Source: Thermoplasmata archaeon (GTDB lineage Archaea; Thermoplasmatota; Thermoplasmata; Lutacidiplasmatales; UBA184). From it: a stretch of DNA of 50,504 bases. The stretch is taken from assembly GCA_028864975.1 (NCBI GenBank), contig JAGWLG010000027.1, positions 1 to 50,504 on the forward strand, written 5' to 3'. A program made the position numbers and the translations under genes. Numbering within the stretch: the stretch's first letter is position 1; each line of letters opens with the position of its first letter. Of this stretch, positions 1 to 8,260 are shown one piece after another. The notes below the pieces were generated by a model. That model did no database searches. It was given only the letters and a program-made list of their open reading frames with translations, and was not told the origin of the DNA.

Positions 1-85
1 CGGGAGGTGTACGGGTCCCTCGCTCACCTCGGAGAACGGTTCGGCCGGGTGGCCCCGGAGACCCTGGAGGATGCGAAAACTCTCC

Positions 86-1375
86 TCAGCCGTTCGGTGG
101 CTCCACCGTCAGGGCGCAAGGCTTGCGGTCAACAATAGGGTCCTCGGCCCGCATGCGGAAACTGCCCAGCTGGGCGTAGACCCGCTCTTCCAGCTCTCTT
201 CCCCGCAAGCTGGGGTCGTTCTGGGCCAGGAGGAGCGCGCGCTGGAGCCGGCCTTCCCCCACCTCCGGGGCTCCCCACCGGTCGCATTCGCGCACGGCCT
301 CGAGCATGCGCTCGACCCCGGGGTCCGCGAGACCGGCACCCTCCCAGTGGTCCGCGATGCGAAGCAAGGTCGCCCCGTGGGGACTTGGGTTGGACCTCTC
401 CATCGCACGAGCCATGGCGTGGTGCAGCGAGGCGTCGGCCGCACGATCGTGGGCTTCGCGAGCGCCCGCGGAAACCGAAGAGGAAGCGTACCAGACCCCC
501 TCCCGTTCCCGGAGCCATCCCTCGTTCTGCAGCCGACGGAGCGCCCGCTGGGTCGTCTCCAAGGGAAGCTCCAGGACCTCTGCGAGGAACGCCGGCCGCG
601 CCTCCGGACCCGCGGCGGCCACCGCCGCGAGCAGCCGACGCGACTCCCGCGACGGGGGGAGAGCGTGCGGCGAAGCGTTCTCCTCGCTCTCGGTGGTCTC
701 CGGTATCCGTTCCACCAGGGGAGAGGGAGAGAAGGCCGCGGCCCACTCCGGCCCGGAGGGCTCCCGGGGCTCCCTATTGAACGAGAGCACGAGGAGGAGC
801 GGAAGCCGTCCCAGTTCGGAGGAGAGACGGCGCAGCCACTCCTGACTGGCCAGGTCGAGCCTCTCCGCGTGGTCGATGGAAAGGAGGGTCGGATTCTGGC
901 GCACCCGACCTTCGACGAGGTCCAAGAGTCCGGTTCGCACGTCCTCGGGATCAGCAAGAGGGCCCTCCGCTTCCCCCCGTGTCGAAGCTCGCGGAGGTTC
1001 TCCTCCTTGCCCCTGGAGGGCCCTTGCCTCGTCCCCTCCGAGGATCCCCGCAAGGAGCAGCGAAGGGAGTCCAAGATCGAAGGGCTGTTTCAAGGCCCGC
1101 CGAGAGGCGACCAGTCGCGAAAGCCACGGAAGGAGCGCTCCGAACGGAACTTGCTGGTCGAAGGGATGGACCTCGAGCCGCACGACATGGACCCTCCGGC
1201 CTTCCGCCACCTGGAAGAGCCGTTCGAGGTGCGCTTCCCGGTCCGAAGGGGAGCCCCCCAGTAGGAGGACGGCAGCTCCTCGGTCCGGCCCGAGCCGGTC
1301 GAGCCCCTCCTTCAAGACCGGTAGCAGCCCGCCGGGCGAGGAGGCCGGGTCCGCTCGGCCGCGCACAGGACTCAA
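86..1375 (-). CDS. AAA_16/STAND-like ATPase-fold protein with degenerate P-loop and helical (TPR-like) C-terminus
   Basis: Part of ORF 86..1612. The real start must lie below 1446, where the next gene ends; TTG at 1375 is in frame. AVLLLGGSPSDREAHL sits where Walker A would be, LLSIDHAERLDLAS resembles Walker B, and LPLLLVLSFN follows. Start and C-terminus are uncertain. Confidence 0.55.
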   Translation of the reverse strand: MSPVRGRADPASSPGGLLPVLKEGLDRLGPDRGAAVLLLGGSPSDREAHLERLFQVAEGRRVHVVRLEVHPFDQQVPFGALLPWLSRLVASRRALKQPFDLGLPSLLLAGILGGDEARALQGQGGEPPRASTRGEAEGPLADPEDVRTGLLDLVEGRVRQNPTLLSIDHAERLDLASQEWLRRLSSELGRLPLLLVLSFNREPREPSGPEWAAAFSPSPLVERIPETTESEENASPHALPPSRESRRLLAAVAAAGPEARPAFLAEVLELPLETTQRALRRLQNEGWLREREGVWYASSSVSAGAREAHDRAADASLHHAMARAMERSNPSPHGATLLRIADHWEGAGLADPGVERMLEAVRECDRWGAPEVGEGRLQRALLLAQNDPSLRGRELEERVYAQLGSFRMRAEDPIVDRKPCALTVEPPNG

Positions 1376-1445
1376 AACGAAGGGGTCGCAGATAGCCGTT
1401 CCTGCGCCCCCCTGCGTTCCGGGGCGCGGGCGAGGCACGCGCCCT

Positions 1446-2075
1446 TCAGCCTTCGGAAACCTCGCTCGAGGAAGGGGTCGGCTCACCGCTCCCCGTCTTC
1501 GCCACCGGAGATGTCGCGGTCTTCCGATAGGCTCCCTGGGCCTCAGCGAACTTGGACCACCAGGGCCAGCGGCGCTCGATGAGCGCGTCCAGGCTCCAGG
1601 CGCTCGCGCCATACGCCGCGTTGATCACGAGGAGCATGAGGAAGGTCATCGCGTAGATGACCCCGGTCCCGATGTCGGTCGAGGAGGGCCCGTAGGCCCC
1701 TCCGAACCCCTCGGGGACCGCCCAGATGAAGAGGCTCAGGAGGCAACCGCCCACGTAGGCGCTCTTCCGAAGGAACCCTGCGATGAGCGCGAACGCCAGG
1801 GCGAGCTCGAGGGCACCTACGAGGTAGACGAAGAAAGCAGCGTTAGCGGACGCTTGGGAGGACCAGAAGTTGAACCAAGGGGCGAGCCAGGAAGGCTGAC
1901 CCTGAGCCGCGTTCTGGACCATCGTGGGGAAGTTCGAGACGACCTGAGGGTTGAACTTCAGGGCCCCATCGATGCCCCAGATGGCCCCGAAGACGACCCG
2001 GAAGACCGACTTGAGCTGGACCGCGTGGCGCGAGAACCACCCGAGGTCGCCCGCCGGCTTCGCCGCTTCGGTCAT
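1446..2075 (-). CDS. DoxX / TQO small-subunit (DoxD)-like membrane protein
   Basis: FRVVFGAIWGIDGALKF, then VGALELALAFALIAGF and AWSLDALI, about four TM helices. ATG at 2075 with a TTTAT box about 33 nt upstream. Confidence 0.75.
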   Translation of the reverse strand: MTEAAKPAGDLGWFSRHAVQLKSVFRVVFGAIWGIDGALKFNPQVVSNFPTMVQNAAQGQPSWLAPWFNFWSSQASANAAFFVYLVGALELALAFALIAGFLRKSAYVGGCLLSLFIWAVPEGFGGAYGPSSTDIGTGVIYAMTFLMLLVINAAYGASAWSLDALIERRWPWWSKFAEAQGAYRKTATSPVAKTGSGEPTPSSSEVSEG

Positions 2076-2273
2076 GTCGCCCCGACCGGTAAGGGGAGAT
2101 TCCACCGATAAAGCATGTCTTCGAGCCGCTTGACCTCGGACCGCTTCGTCCTCCCTCAGGGGGGCTCTTGCCTGGGGGGAAGCGCGGCTCCGACGCGCGT
2201 CGAGCGAGAGGCCGCGGTGCCCCTCCCGACCTCGCCATACCCGTAGGGGGTCCGCGTTTCATCCCGACGCTCG

Positions 2274-3098
2274 ATGGCATCCATCATGCCGTCGTCGGGC
2301 TCGGGTCCCATCACCACGTGTGAGGACCGAAAGGTCATCGGCGACGTGCTCGCCTCCGACCTCCGGCTCCGGGACCCGCCGGTCCAGATCTCGTACCTCA
2401 ATACCGCCCCGCTCCCAGGCGCGCCCCGAGCCCCCGCGCTCCCTTCCGTCTGCAGCTACTTTATCGAGGGGGGCCGAAGAGCGCTCTCGGCGTCCCGCGA
2501 GGACCACGAGGCCTGCGAGATCGGGGCCTTCGTGCACGGCATCGAACCCCAAGGCCCTCTCGGAGACCGGCTTTCCCGCACGGTGGGATGGATGGAAGGT
2601 GTGGGGTACCTCGCGCAGGGAGAGGCCGGCAGGGTCCCGCACAACGATACCGCACCCGCGTGGTCGCTCTACGCCCCGCTGGGGGCCGTGCCCGAGGAAC
2701 CCTCCGTCGTCCTCTTCCGGGTCGACGCACGCGCTGCGATGCTGGTGGTGGAGGCGACCTCACGTGGACTCCCGGGGCTTCCGCCGGCGCCCCTGCTCCC
2801 ACGGCCGATGTGCTCCCTCGTCCCCGTCCTGCTCAAAGGGGCCCCGGTGGCCCTCTCGTTCGGGTGCGCAGGCTCCCGCGTCCACACGGGGATGGGGGAC
2901 GACGAGCTCCTGGTCGGAGTGCGGGGCGACGCGCTGATGGAGCTCGCGGACACGGTCCACACCTTGGTGGCCGCCAACGAGAAGGTCTGGAAAGAGGACC
3001 TCGCGCGAAGGTCGAAGCTTCTCGAGGGCACGGCGGAGCGAGCGAAGGCTCCTTCCTTGCGCAGGAAAGCGGGCGGGCCCACGCCCAAGCGCGCGTAG
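2274..3098 (+). CDS. DUF169 family protein
   Basis: Conserved Cys pattern typical of DUF169: VCSY, HEACEIGAFVHG, YAPL, EPSVVLF, RPMCS, SFGCAGSRVHTGMGDDEL. Confidence 0.8.
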   Translation: MASIMPSSGSGPITTCEDRKVIGDVLASDLRLRDPPVQISYLNTAPLPGAPRAPALPSVCSYFIEGGRRALSASREDHEACEIGAFVHGIEPQGPLGDRLSRTVGWMEGVGYLAQGEAGRVPHNDTAPAWSLYAPLGAVPEEPSVVLFRVDARAAMLVVEATSRGLPGLPPAPLLPRPMCSLVPVLLKGAPVALSFGCAGSRVHTGMGDDELLVGVRGDALMELADTVHTLVAANEKVWKEDLARRSKLLEGTAERAKAPSLRRKAGGPTPKRA

Positions 3099-3109
3099 CC
3101 GTCGTCCGA

Positions 3110-3859
3110 ATGCTTCAAGGCCGCGTGGCCTCTGGGCGTCTCGTGACCCCCACGGAGACCCCGACCAGGATCCTGGTCGTGGACGACGACCCGGACATCC
3201 TCCAGCTCTTCGGTGAGATCTTCCGGAACGCGAACGCGTTCCCGAACGAGACGGTGCTGGAGACCGACCCGAAGGCCGCGCTCGAGCGCGTCGAGACCAC
3301 TCCGATCGACCTGGTCATCTCCGACTACAAGATGCCGGGGATGGACGGGGTCGACCTGCTCCTCCAGGTGAAGGCCCGCCACCCCAGCGCTCTTCGGATC
3401 CTCATGACCGCCCACTCGACGAAGCAGGCCGCGCTGGCCGCGATCCTGACGGCCGAGGTCCACAGCTACATCGAGAAGCCCTTCGACCCCGCCGAGGTCC
3501 TTCGGACCGTCCGCGAGGCGGTCGACCAGCGCCGTGCCCCCGTGGAAGGGCTGACGGGGTTCGTCGGCGCCTCCGACCGGGCGCTCTCGCTGGTCGCGGA
3601 GCTCTGCAAGCGGATGGAGGACGCCCCTCCCGAGGCTCGGGAACTGGCCCTGACCCTCGAGTTCCCTTCCACGACCGATTTCAACCACTTCGCCGCCCGC
3701 GCCTTCGAGCAACGCGCCGCGGAGGTCCGGGACATCCACTTCGAGGACGGGAAGTTCATCGTGACGATCGCCTGCCTCGCCCATGACGCCGGGGCGGTGC
3801 TTCCCGGAGCCGGAGAGGTCCCCCGAGGGAGCGCCCGACGGCGCCGTCCTTCAGGGTAA
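3110..3859 (+). CDS. Response regulator (receiver domain plus unknown C-terminal domain)
   Basis: RILVVDDD, DLVISDYKMPGMDG (phospho-acceptor Asp), ILMTA and YIEKPF. Start is ATG 3110 or GTG 3143. Confidence 0.85.
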   Translation: MLQGRVASGRLVTPTETPTRILVVDDDPDILQLFGEIFRNANAFPNETVLETDPKAALERVETTPIDLVISDYKMPGMDGVDLLLQVKARHPSALRILMTAHSTKQAALAAILTAEVHSYIEKPFDPAEVLRTVREAVDQRRAPVEGLTGFVGASDRALSLVAELCKRMEDAPPEARELALTLEFPSTTDFNHFAARAFEQRAAEVRDIHFEDGKFIVTIACLAHDAGAVLPGAGEVPRGSARRRRPSG

Positions 3860-3959
3860 GCGACCTGCGGCCACATCGGTGCGCGGGAGCGACACGGTAA
3901 CGGACCGACCGTTTCACCACCTCTCAACTCTTCATCTTCTCGCCCATCGTGGTACCCAC

Positions 3960-4127
3960 ATGCGGTGTGAGAAATGCACGGGCAAGGGCAGCGTCCCCTG
4001 TCCACCCTGCGGGGGCCGGGGCGAGCTCCCTCGAGGGCCGTGCCTGCAGTGCGCAGGGACGGGTCTCGTCGATTGCGCGGACTGCTGGGGGATGGGGATC
4101 CTGGACTGCAGCGACGGTGGCTGCTGA
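3960..4127 (+). CDS. 55-aa stand-alone DnaJ-type zinc-finger protein
   Basis: Four CxxCxGxG repeats: CEKCTGKG, CPPCGGRG, CLQCAGTG, CADCWGMG. ATG at 3960. Confidence 0.75.
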   Translation: MRCEKCTGKGSVPCPPCGGRGELPRGPCLQCAGTGLVDCADCWGMGILDCSDGGC

Positions 4128-4139
4128 AGCGCGGCCCCC

Positions 4140-4943
4140 TCAGGAGAGGACGAGCGCCCCTTCCTCCAATTGGTGGGCCTCGGTCGAGGATCGCCCGCCG
4201 GGGTCGAACCGGAAGACCACACGTCCCCCCTTCGCTTCCGCGGTCTCGTGAGCGACCTGGAGGAGACGACGGACGTTGCGGAGCCCGCTGTCGTCGATCA
4301 GCAAGGAGACGTCCCCCAGGACGACGTACCGGCCCTCCCCTTGCGACAGATGCCGTTCGATGAGGTCGCCGATCCGGTCGAGCTCCGACGGACGGACCTT
4401 GCCCTCGCCTTCCGACCGCGCTATCTGCCAGAACGTCGCGCCCTGCAGTTCGTAGAGCCGCTGGAGGTCCTGCGGCGGCTCTCGGCAGAGGACGAGGAGC
4501 TTCTCTCGAGGCACCTTCGAACGGCGCACCATCTCCCACAGGTCTTTCGCCTCCGGCGTCAGCAGCGCCACGAAGGGAGAATCGGGCCATCTCCGTAGGG
4601 GCGGCGAGCTGGGCGCAGGAGGGGATGGTCGAACCGGGTAGGGCGCTGCTGCGGCTGCGCTGGAAGTTTGAGGTGAAGCCGCGGCGGGGGAGGGGCGAGG
4701 GACCGGCGACACGGACGCAGGTATCTCGACTTGGGGCCGTTGGCGAGCGGAGAGTCGCCCGACCAGGCCTCCGCCGAACGCGACGAGGCCGCCCAGGAAC
4801 ATGATCCAGCCCAGGCTCGCGAGCAACCAGTGCAGGGCTCGAGCGGGGTCCACTTGGTTCCCCCATCCGACGAACAGGAGCCCGATGAGGAGGACCAGTG
4901 GACCTCCCAGGAGCAGGTAGTTCGCGCGGGTGACCCGATCCAT
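4140..4943 (-). CDS. Membrane protein with C-terminal DUF835 (inactive RecA/KaiC-like) domain
   Basis: Two N-terminal TM helices, a Pro-rich linker, then LVLCREPP...RPSELDRIGDLIERHL...VVLGDVSLLI...GRVVFRFDP, the DUF835 pattern. Confidence 0.75.
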   Translation of the reverse strand: MDRVTRANYLLLGGPLVLLIGLLFVGWGNQVDPARALHWLLASLGWIMFLGGLVAFGGGLVGRLSARQRPQVEIPASVSPVPRPSPAAASPQTSSAAAAAPYPVRPSPPAPSSPPLRRWPDSPFVALLTPEAKDLWEMVRRSKVPREKLLVLCREPPQDLQRLYELQGATFWQIARSEGEGKVRPSELDRIGDLIERHLSQGEGRYVVLGDVSLLIDDSGLRNVRRLLQVAHETAEAKGGRVVFRFDPGGRSSTEAHQLEEGALVLS

Positions 4944-5012
4944 GTCGACCGACCGGCCCACCCGCGTCGGGGGGTATGGAGGTTTGCGTCGACCTGCGCG
5001 GAGGAAGTTGGA

Positions 5013-5585
5013 CTACCCCTTGAGCGCCCCGGGGGCCGGCTCGAACCAGACGTCGGTGATGAGGTACTTCGGCTCGCTCGCGAACTTGGCCACGATCGGC
5101 ATGCCGACGTAGATCTGCTCCTCGGTGCATGCCTTGAGGCGGGAGAGGAGGACGCTGTTCGCCCCCTCGAACTCGACGATGACCAGGTTGTACGGGGTCT
5201 CCTTCAGGAAGGCCTCGGACCCATAGTGGCACGTGGTCCACGAGTGGACCTTCCCCTGGAGGGGGAGCTCCACCCACTTCGTCGGCTCGCCGCAGAACTG
5301 GCAGTGCGTGCGGGGCGTGGCCCACGTGTACTTGCACGGCTCGCAGCGGGTCCCGCGAAGCTTGCCCTCGGCAAGCCCCAGGAAGAACGGGGAGTCCTGG
5401 GCGTAGCTGTGGACGTAGTTGACGTGGTACGGGAAGTCGATGTAGAGGCTCTCGACGCCCTTCTTGTCCACGTAGATCGCGGCTCCCTCCTTGAGGAGGG
5501 TCTCCTGGACCTCGGTGAACTTGGCGGACTTCTTGAGCGGACGCTTCGACGTGGACGACCCCTTCATCACGGTGGCTCCCTTCAT
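5013..5585 (-). CDS. DUF35-type Zn-ribbon + OB-fold protein (thiolase partner)
   Basis: FFLGLAEGKLRGTRCEPC...PRTHCQFCG...WVELPLQGKVHSWT...GMPIVAKF. ATG at 5585 overlaps the thiolase stop. Confidence 0.9.
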   Translation of the reverse strand: MKGATVMKGSSTSKRPLKKSAKFTEVQETLLKEGAAIYVDKKGVESLYIDFPYHVNYVHSYAQDSPFFLGLAEGKLRGTRCEPCKYTWATPRTHCQFCGEPTKWVELPLQGKVHSWTTCHYGSEAFLKETPYNLVIVEFEGANSVLLSRLKACTEEQIYVGMPIVAKFASEPKYLITDVWFEPAPGALKG

Positions 5586-7012
5586 GGCTTCACCCTCTCC
5601 AAGATGCTCACGGTCACGGCCGAGCCCGTCCCCGCGTGGCTGTGGATCGCCCCGCGCTTCGCGTTCGGGACCTGGAGCTTCTCCGAGCCGAAACGCTCTC
5701 CGACCTTGTGCTGGAGCTGCCAGAAGGCCATCACGGCCTGCATGAGCCCCGTGGCGCCCACGGGGTGGCCGCAGGCGATGAGCCCCCCCGACGGGTTGAC
5801 GGGGGTCGCGCCCGCGTTCGGGAGCTTCATCCCGTAGTCGAACCCCTTCAGGAACGGGTCCCCCCTCTCGACGAAGCCGTATCCCTCCCCGTACCGGCAG
5901 AGCCCCATGTCTTCGTAGGTCTGGATCTCGCTCGAGGCGTACGCGTCGTGGAGCTCGACGAACGAGAGATCCTTGTTGGGGTTGGTGATGCCCGCGTGGT
6001 TGTAGGCCTCGATGGAGGCGGCGCGCCCCGCACGGAAGGAGTGGACCCCCGGGTACTCCAGCTGCGCGTAGTCGGAAGCCTTCTCGTGCGGCATCAGGAG
6101 GACCTTCCCGAACGGTCGGTCCGCGAGACGCATCGTGTCCGTCCCGCACCCGACCCCCTTCACCAGGATGGGATCCTCGGTCAGCTCCTTGGCCTTCTCC
6201 TCGCTGCAGAGGATCGTGGCCGCGGCCCCGTCGGACATCGTGCAGATGTCCTCGCGGGGGAGAGGATAGCTCACCATCTCGCTCTTGAGGACATCCTCGA
6301 CGTTCAGGTTCTTCGGGTACTGGGCATAAGGGTTGAACATCGCGTTGCGGTGGTTCTTGACCGACACCATGGCCATGACCCGGCCCGCGTACTCGAAGGC
6401 CTTCTTCTGGGCCTCCCGCTCGTCCTTGATGTTCGCGAACTTCGTCCGGCGGACGTACTCGTAGATGTGGCGGACGACCATCAGCGCGTAGTAGCCGGAG
6501 TAGAACCCCCCGAGCGGGAAGTCGTAGTTGACGTCCGAAGCGAGCGCGATGAACTCGTTCCCCTTCCAGGTCTGCACCCGGCTCATCGTCTCGTAGCCGA
6601 TCGCGAGACAGGTGTCCATCCTCCCGGAGGCGATCGCCTCCCAGGCGGCCTGGAAGCACTCCCCACCGGTCGCTCCGCCCCACTCGATACGGACCGATCC
6701 GCGGGGGTTGAGGCCCAGGTAGTCCAGGACCATGCTGGAGGCCTTGAGCTGTCGGCTGAAGTGGTCCGAGAAGTAGGAGATGCGGCTCCCGTCGATGTCG
6801 TTCAGACGGAGGTTCGGGACCTCGCTCCGGGCCTGGTCAAAGGCCTTCTTGCACATGAGTCGGAAGTCCATGTCGGGATGGGCCTTCGCGAACTTCGTGA
6901 CCCCTCCGGCGACCACGTACACCCGACGGCCGCTCCGCTTCGTCGAAGCGGGCGTTGCGGTGCCGGAGAAGACGTCGCGAGGGGGCTTCACGGTCGAACT
7001 CGCTTGCGGCAT
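5582..7012 (-). CDS. Thiolase-superfamily (SCP2/archaeal type) protein lacking the N-terminal nucleophile Cys
   Basis: RVYVVAGGVTKF, VRIEWGGATGG, ELHDAY, NPSGGLIACGHPVGATG. Resembles the Thermoplasma acetyl-CoA acetyltransferase-like family. ATG at 7012. Confidence 0.9.
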   Translation of the reverse strand: MPQASSTVKPPRDVFSGTATPASTKRSGRRVYVVAGGVTKFAKAHPDMDFRLMCKKAFDQARSEVPNLRLNDIDGSRISYFSDHFSRQLKASSMVLDYLGLNPRGSVRIEWGGATGGECFQAAWEAIASGRMDTCLAIGYETMSRVQTWKGNEFIALASDVNYDFPLGGFYSGYYALMVVRHIYEYVRRTKFANIKDEREAQKKAFEYAGRVMAMVSVKNHRNAMFNPYAQYPKNLNVEDVLKSEMVSYPLPREDICTMSDGAAATILCSEEKAKELTEDPILVKGVGCGTDTMRLADRPFGKVLLMPHEKASDYAQLEYPGVHSFRAGRAASIEAYNHAGITNPNKDLSFVELHDAYASSEIQTYEDMGLCRYGEGYGFVERGDPFLKGFDYGMKLPNAGATPVNPSGGLIACGHPVGATGLMQAVMAFWQLQHKVGERFGSEKLQVPNAKRGAIHSHAGTGSAVTVSILERVKP

Positions 7013-7050
7013 GATGGACCTCGGTGCCGCGCGCACAGGGGAAGGCGTTC

Positions 7051-8202
7051 TTATCGCTTGTCGCGAGGCTTGGCCTTCTTCCCCGTCGTGCGGAAGAGCG
7101 GCGGCGCTCCTTCCTCGGGCACGCTCACGAGGAACCTTCGGTAGGACCGCCAGCAGCGTTCGAGGGAGATCAGGTCCACCCACTCGTCGTCCCCGTGCGC
7201 GCCCTCGCCCGAAGGGCCCAGGACCACGGTCGGGAACTGCGACCCGAAGACGTTGAAGTCGCCCACCGCCTCCTCGTGGAAGGTGCGGAGCGCGTGCCCG
7301 TCGCGGGCGGCGGTCGAGAGGAAGAGCCGAGTCCATGGGGACCTCGCGTCCGTGGTGTAGGAGGGCAGCCAGGGGGTGGTCCTGGGCGCCAGGTTCACGC
7401 CCCCCTGCAGCCCGGGGTACCTCTTCGCGACGGCCCGCACCTTCCGTTCCAGCGCCGCGCGGTCTCCTTCCACGTTCTCCCCGGGTCGGAGGAGCCGGTC
7501 GAGCCGGACATGCGCCGCGTGCGGGAGCGTCACCTCGCCCTCCCCCTGGGTCCAACCCTTGAGCGGAGTATAGTTCGAAGGCAAGCCGTGAAGGAGCTCG
7601 GCGAGCGCGAGCAGGGGATTGGACAGGCGCCCCGTGCGAAGCCCCTGGCCATGCCCTCCCCTCCCTTCGAAGGAGGCCTGCCAGACGACCCGCCCGCTCG
7701 CCGAGAGGGCGACCTTCTCCCACGTCGGTTCGGGGACGAGCACCAAATCTGGAGGAACGGGAAGATGCTCGAGCAGGGCCCACGCCCCCGCGGACTCCGC
7801 TTCCTCGTCCGTCGTGACCACGAACCCCAGGTTGAACCGAGGGTCGGCGTGGAACTCCTGCATGAGGAGGAGGGCGAGCGAGAGACCCGCCTTCATGTCC
7901 AGCGCCCCGCGCCCGTAGAGGCGGCCTTCCTCCACGGTCCCCGCCGGATGCGTGGGGTCCCCCACCACGGGGACGGTGTCGAGGTGCGTCGCGAGGAGGA
8001 ACGTCGGCCGTCCGGACCGGGGAGGGGCTCCCGCCACGACGACGGGGTCGGCGCGGGGGACCGAGAGCCGGTCGGTCGGGACCCCCGCCCGACGGAAGAA
8101 CTCCTCGACCTCCGAGAGCCCGTTCTCCGCCTCGCCCGTTACCGTCGAGCGTCGCACCAGGAGCTCGGCCAGTTCGAAGAGGCGTTCCGCGTCCCCGGGC
8201 AC
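7051..8202 (-). CDS. M20/M25/M40 family metallo-hydrolase (ArgE/DapE-like)
   Basis: THLDTV, YGRGALDMKAG, TTDEE and C-terminal GAHGDDEWV metal-binding motifs. Confidence 0.9.
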   Translation of the reverse strand: MPGDAERLFELAELLVRRSTVTGEAENGLSEVEEFFRRAGVPTDRLSVPRADPVVVAGAPPRSGRPTFLLATHLDTVPVVGDPTHPAGTVEEGRLYGRGALDMKAGLSLALLLMQEFHADPRFNLGFVVTTDEEAESAGAWALLEHLPVPPDLVLVPEPTWEKVALSASGRVVWQASFEGRGGHGQGLRTGRLSNPLLALAELLHGLPSNYTPLKGWTQGEGEVTLPHAAHVRLDRLLRPGENVEGDRAALERKVRAVAKRYPGLQGGVNLAPRTTPWLPSYTTDARSPWTRLFLSTAARDGHALRTFHEEAVGDFNVFGSQFPTVVLGPSGEGAHGDDEWVDLISLERCWRSYRRFLVSVPEEGAPPLFRTTGKKAKPRDKR

Positions 8203-8260
8203 GCCTCCTCCACCAGAGACCTACCGCAAAACGGCATCGGTCGGCCCGACCGACCGTACC

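Noticed and set aside
2124-2134. 11-mer GAGCCGCTTGA repeated at 12088-12098
   Set aside because: An isolated 11-mer match is expected by chance in 50 kb of GC-rich DNA.
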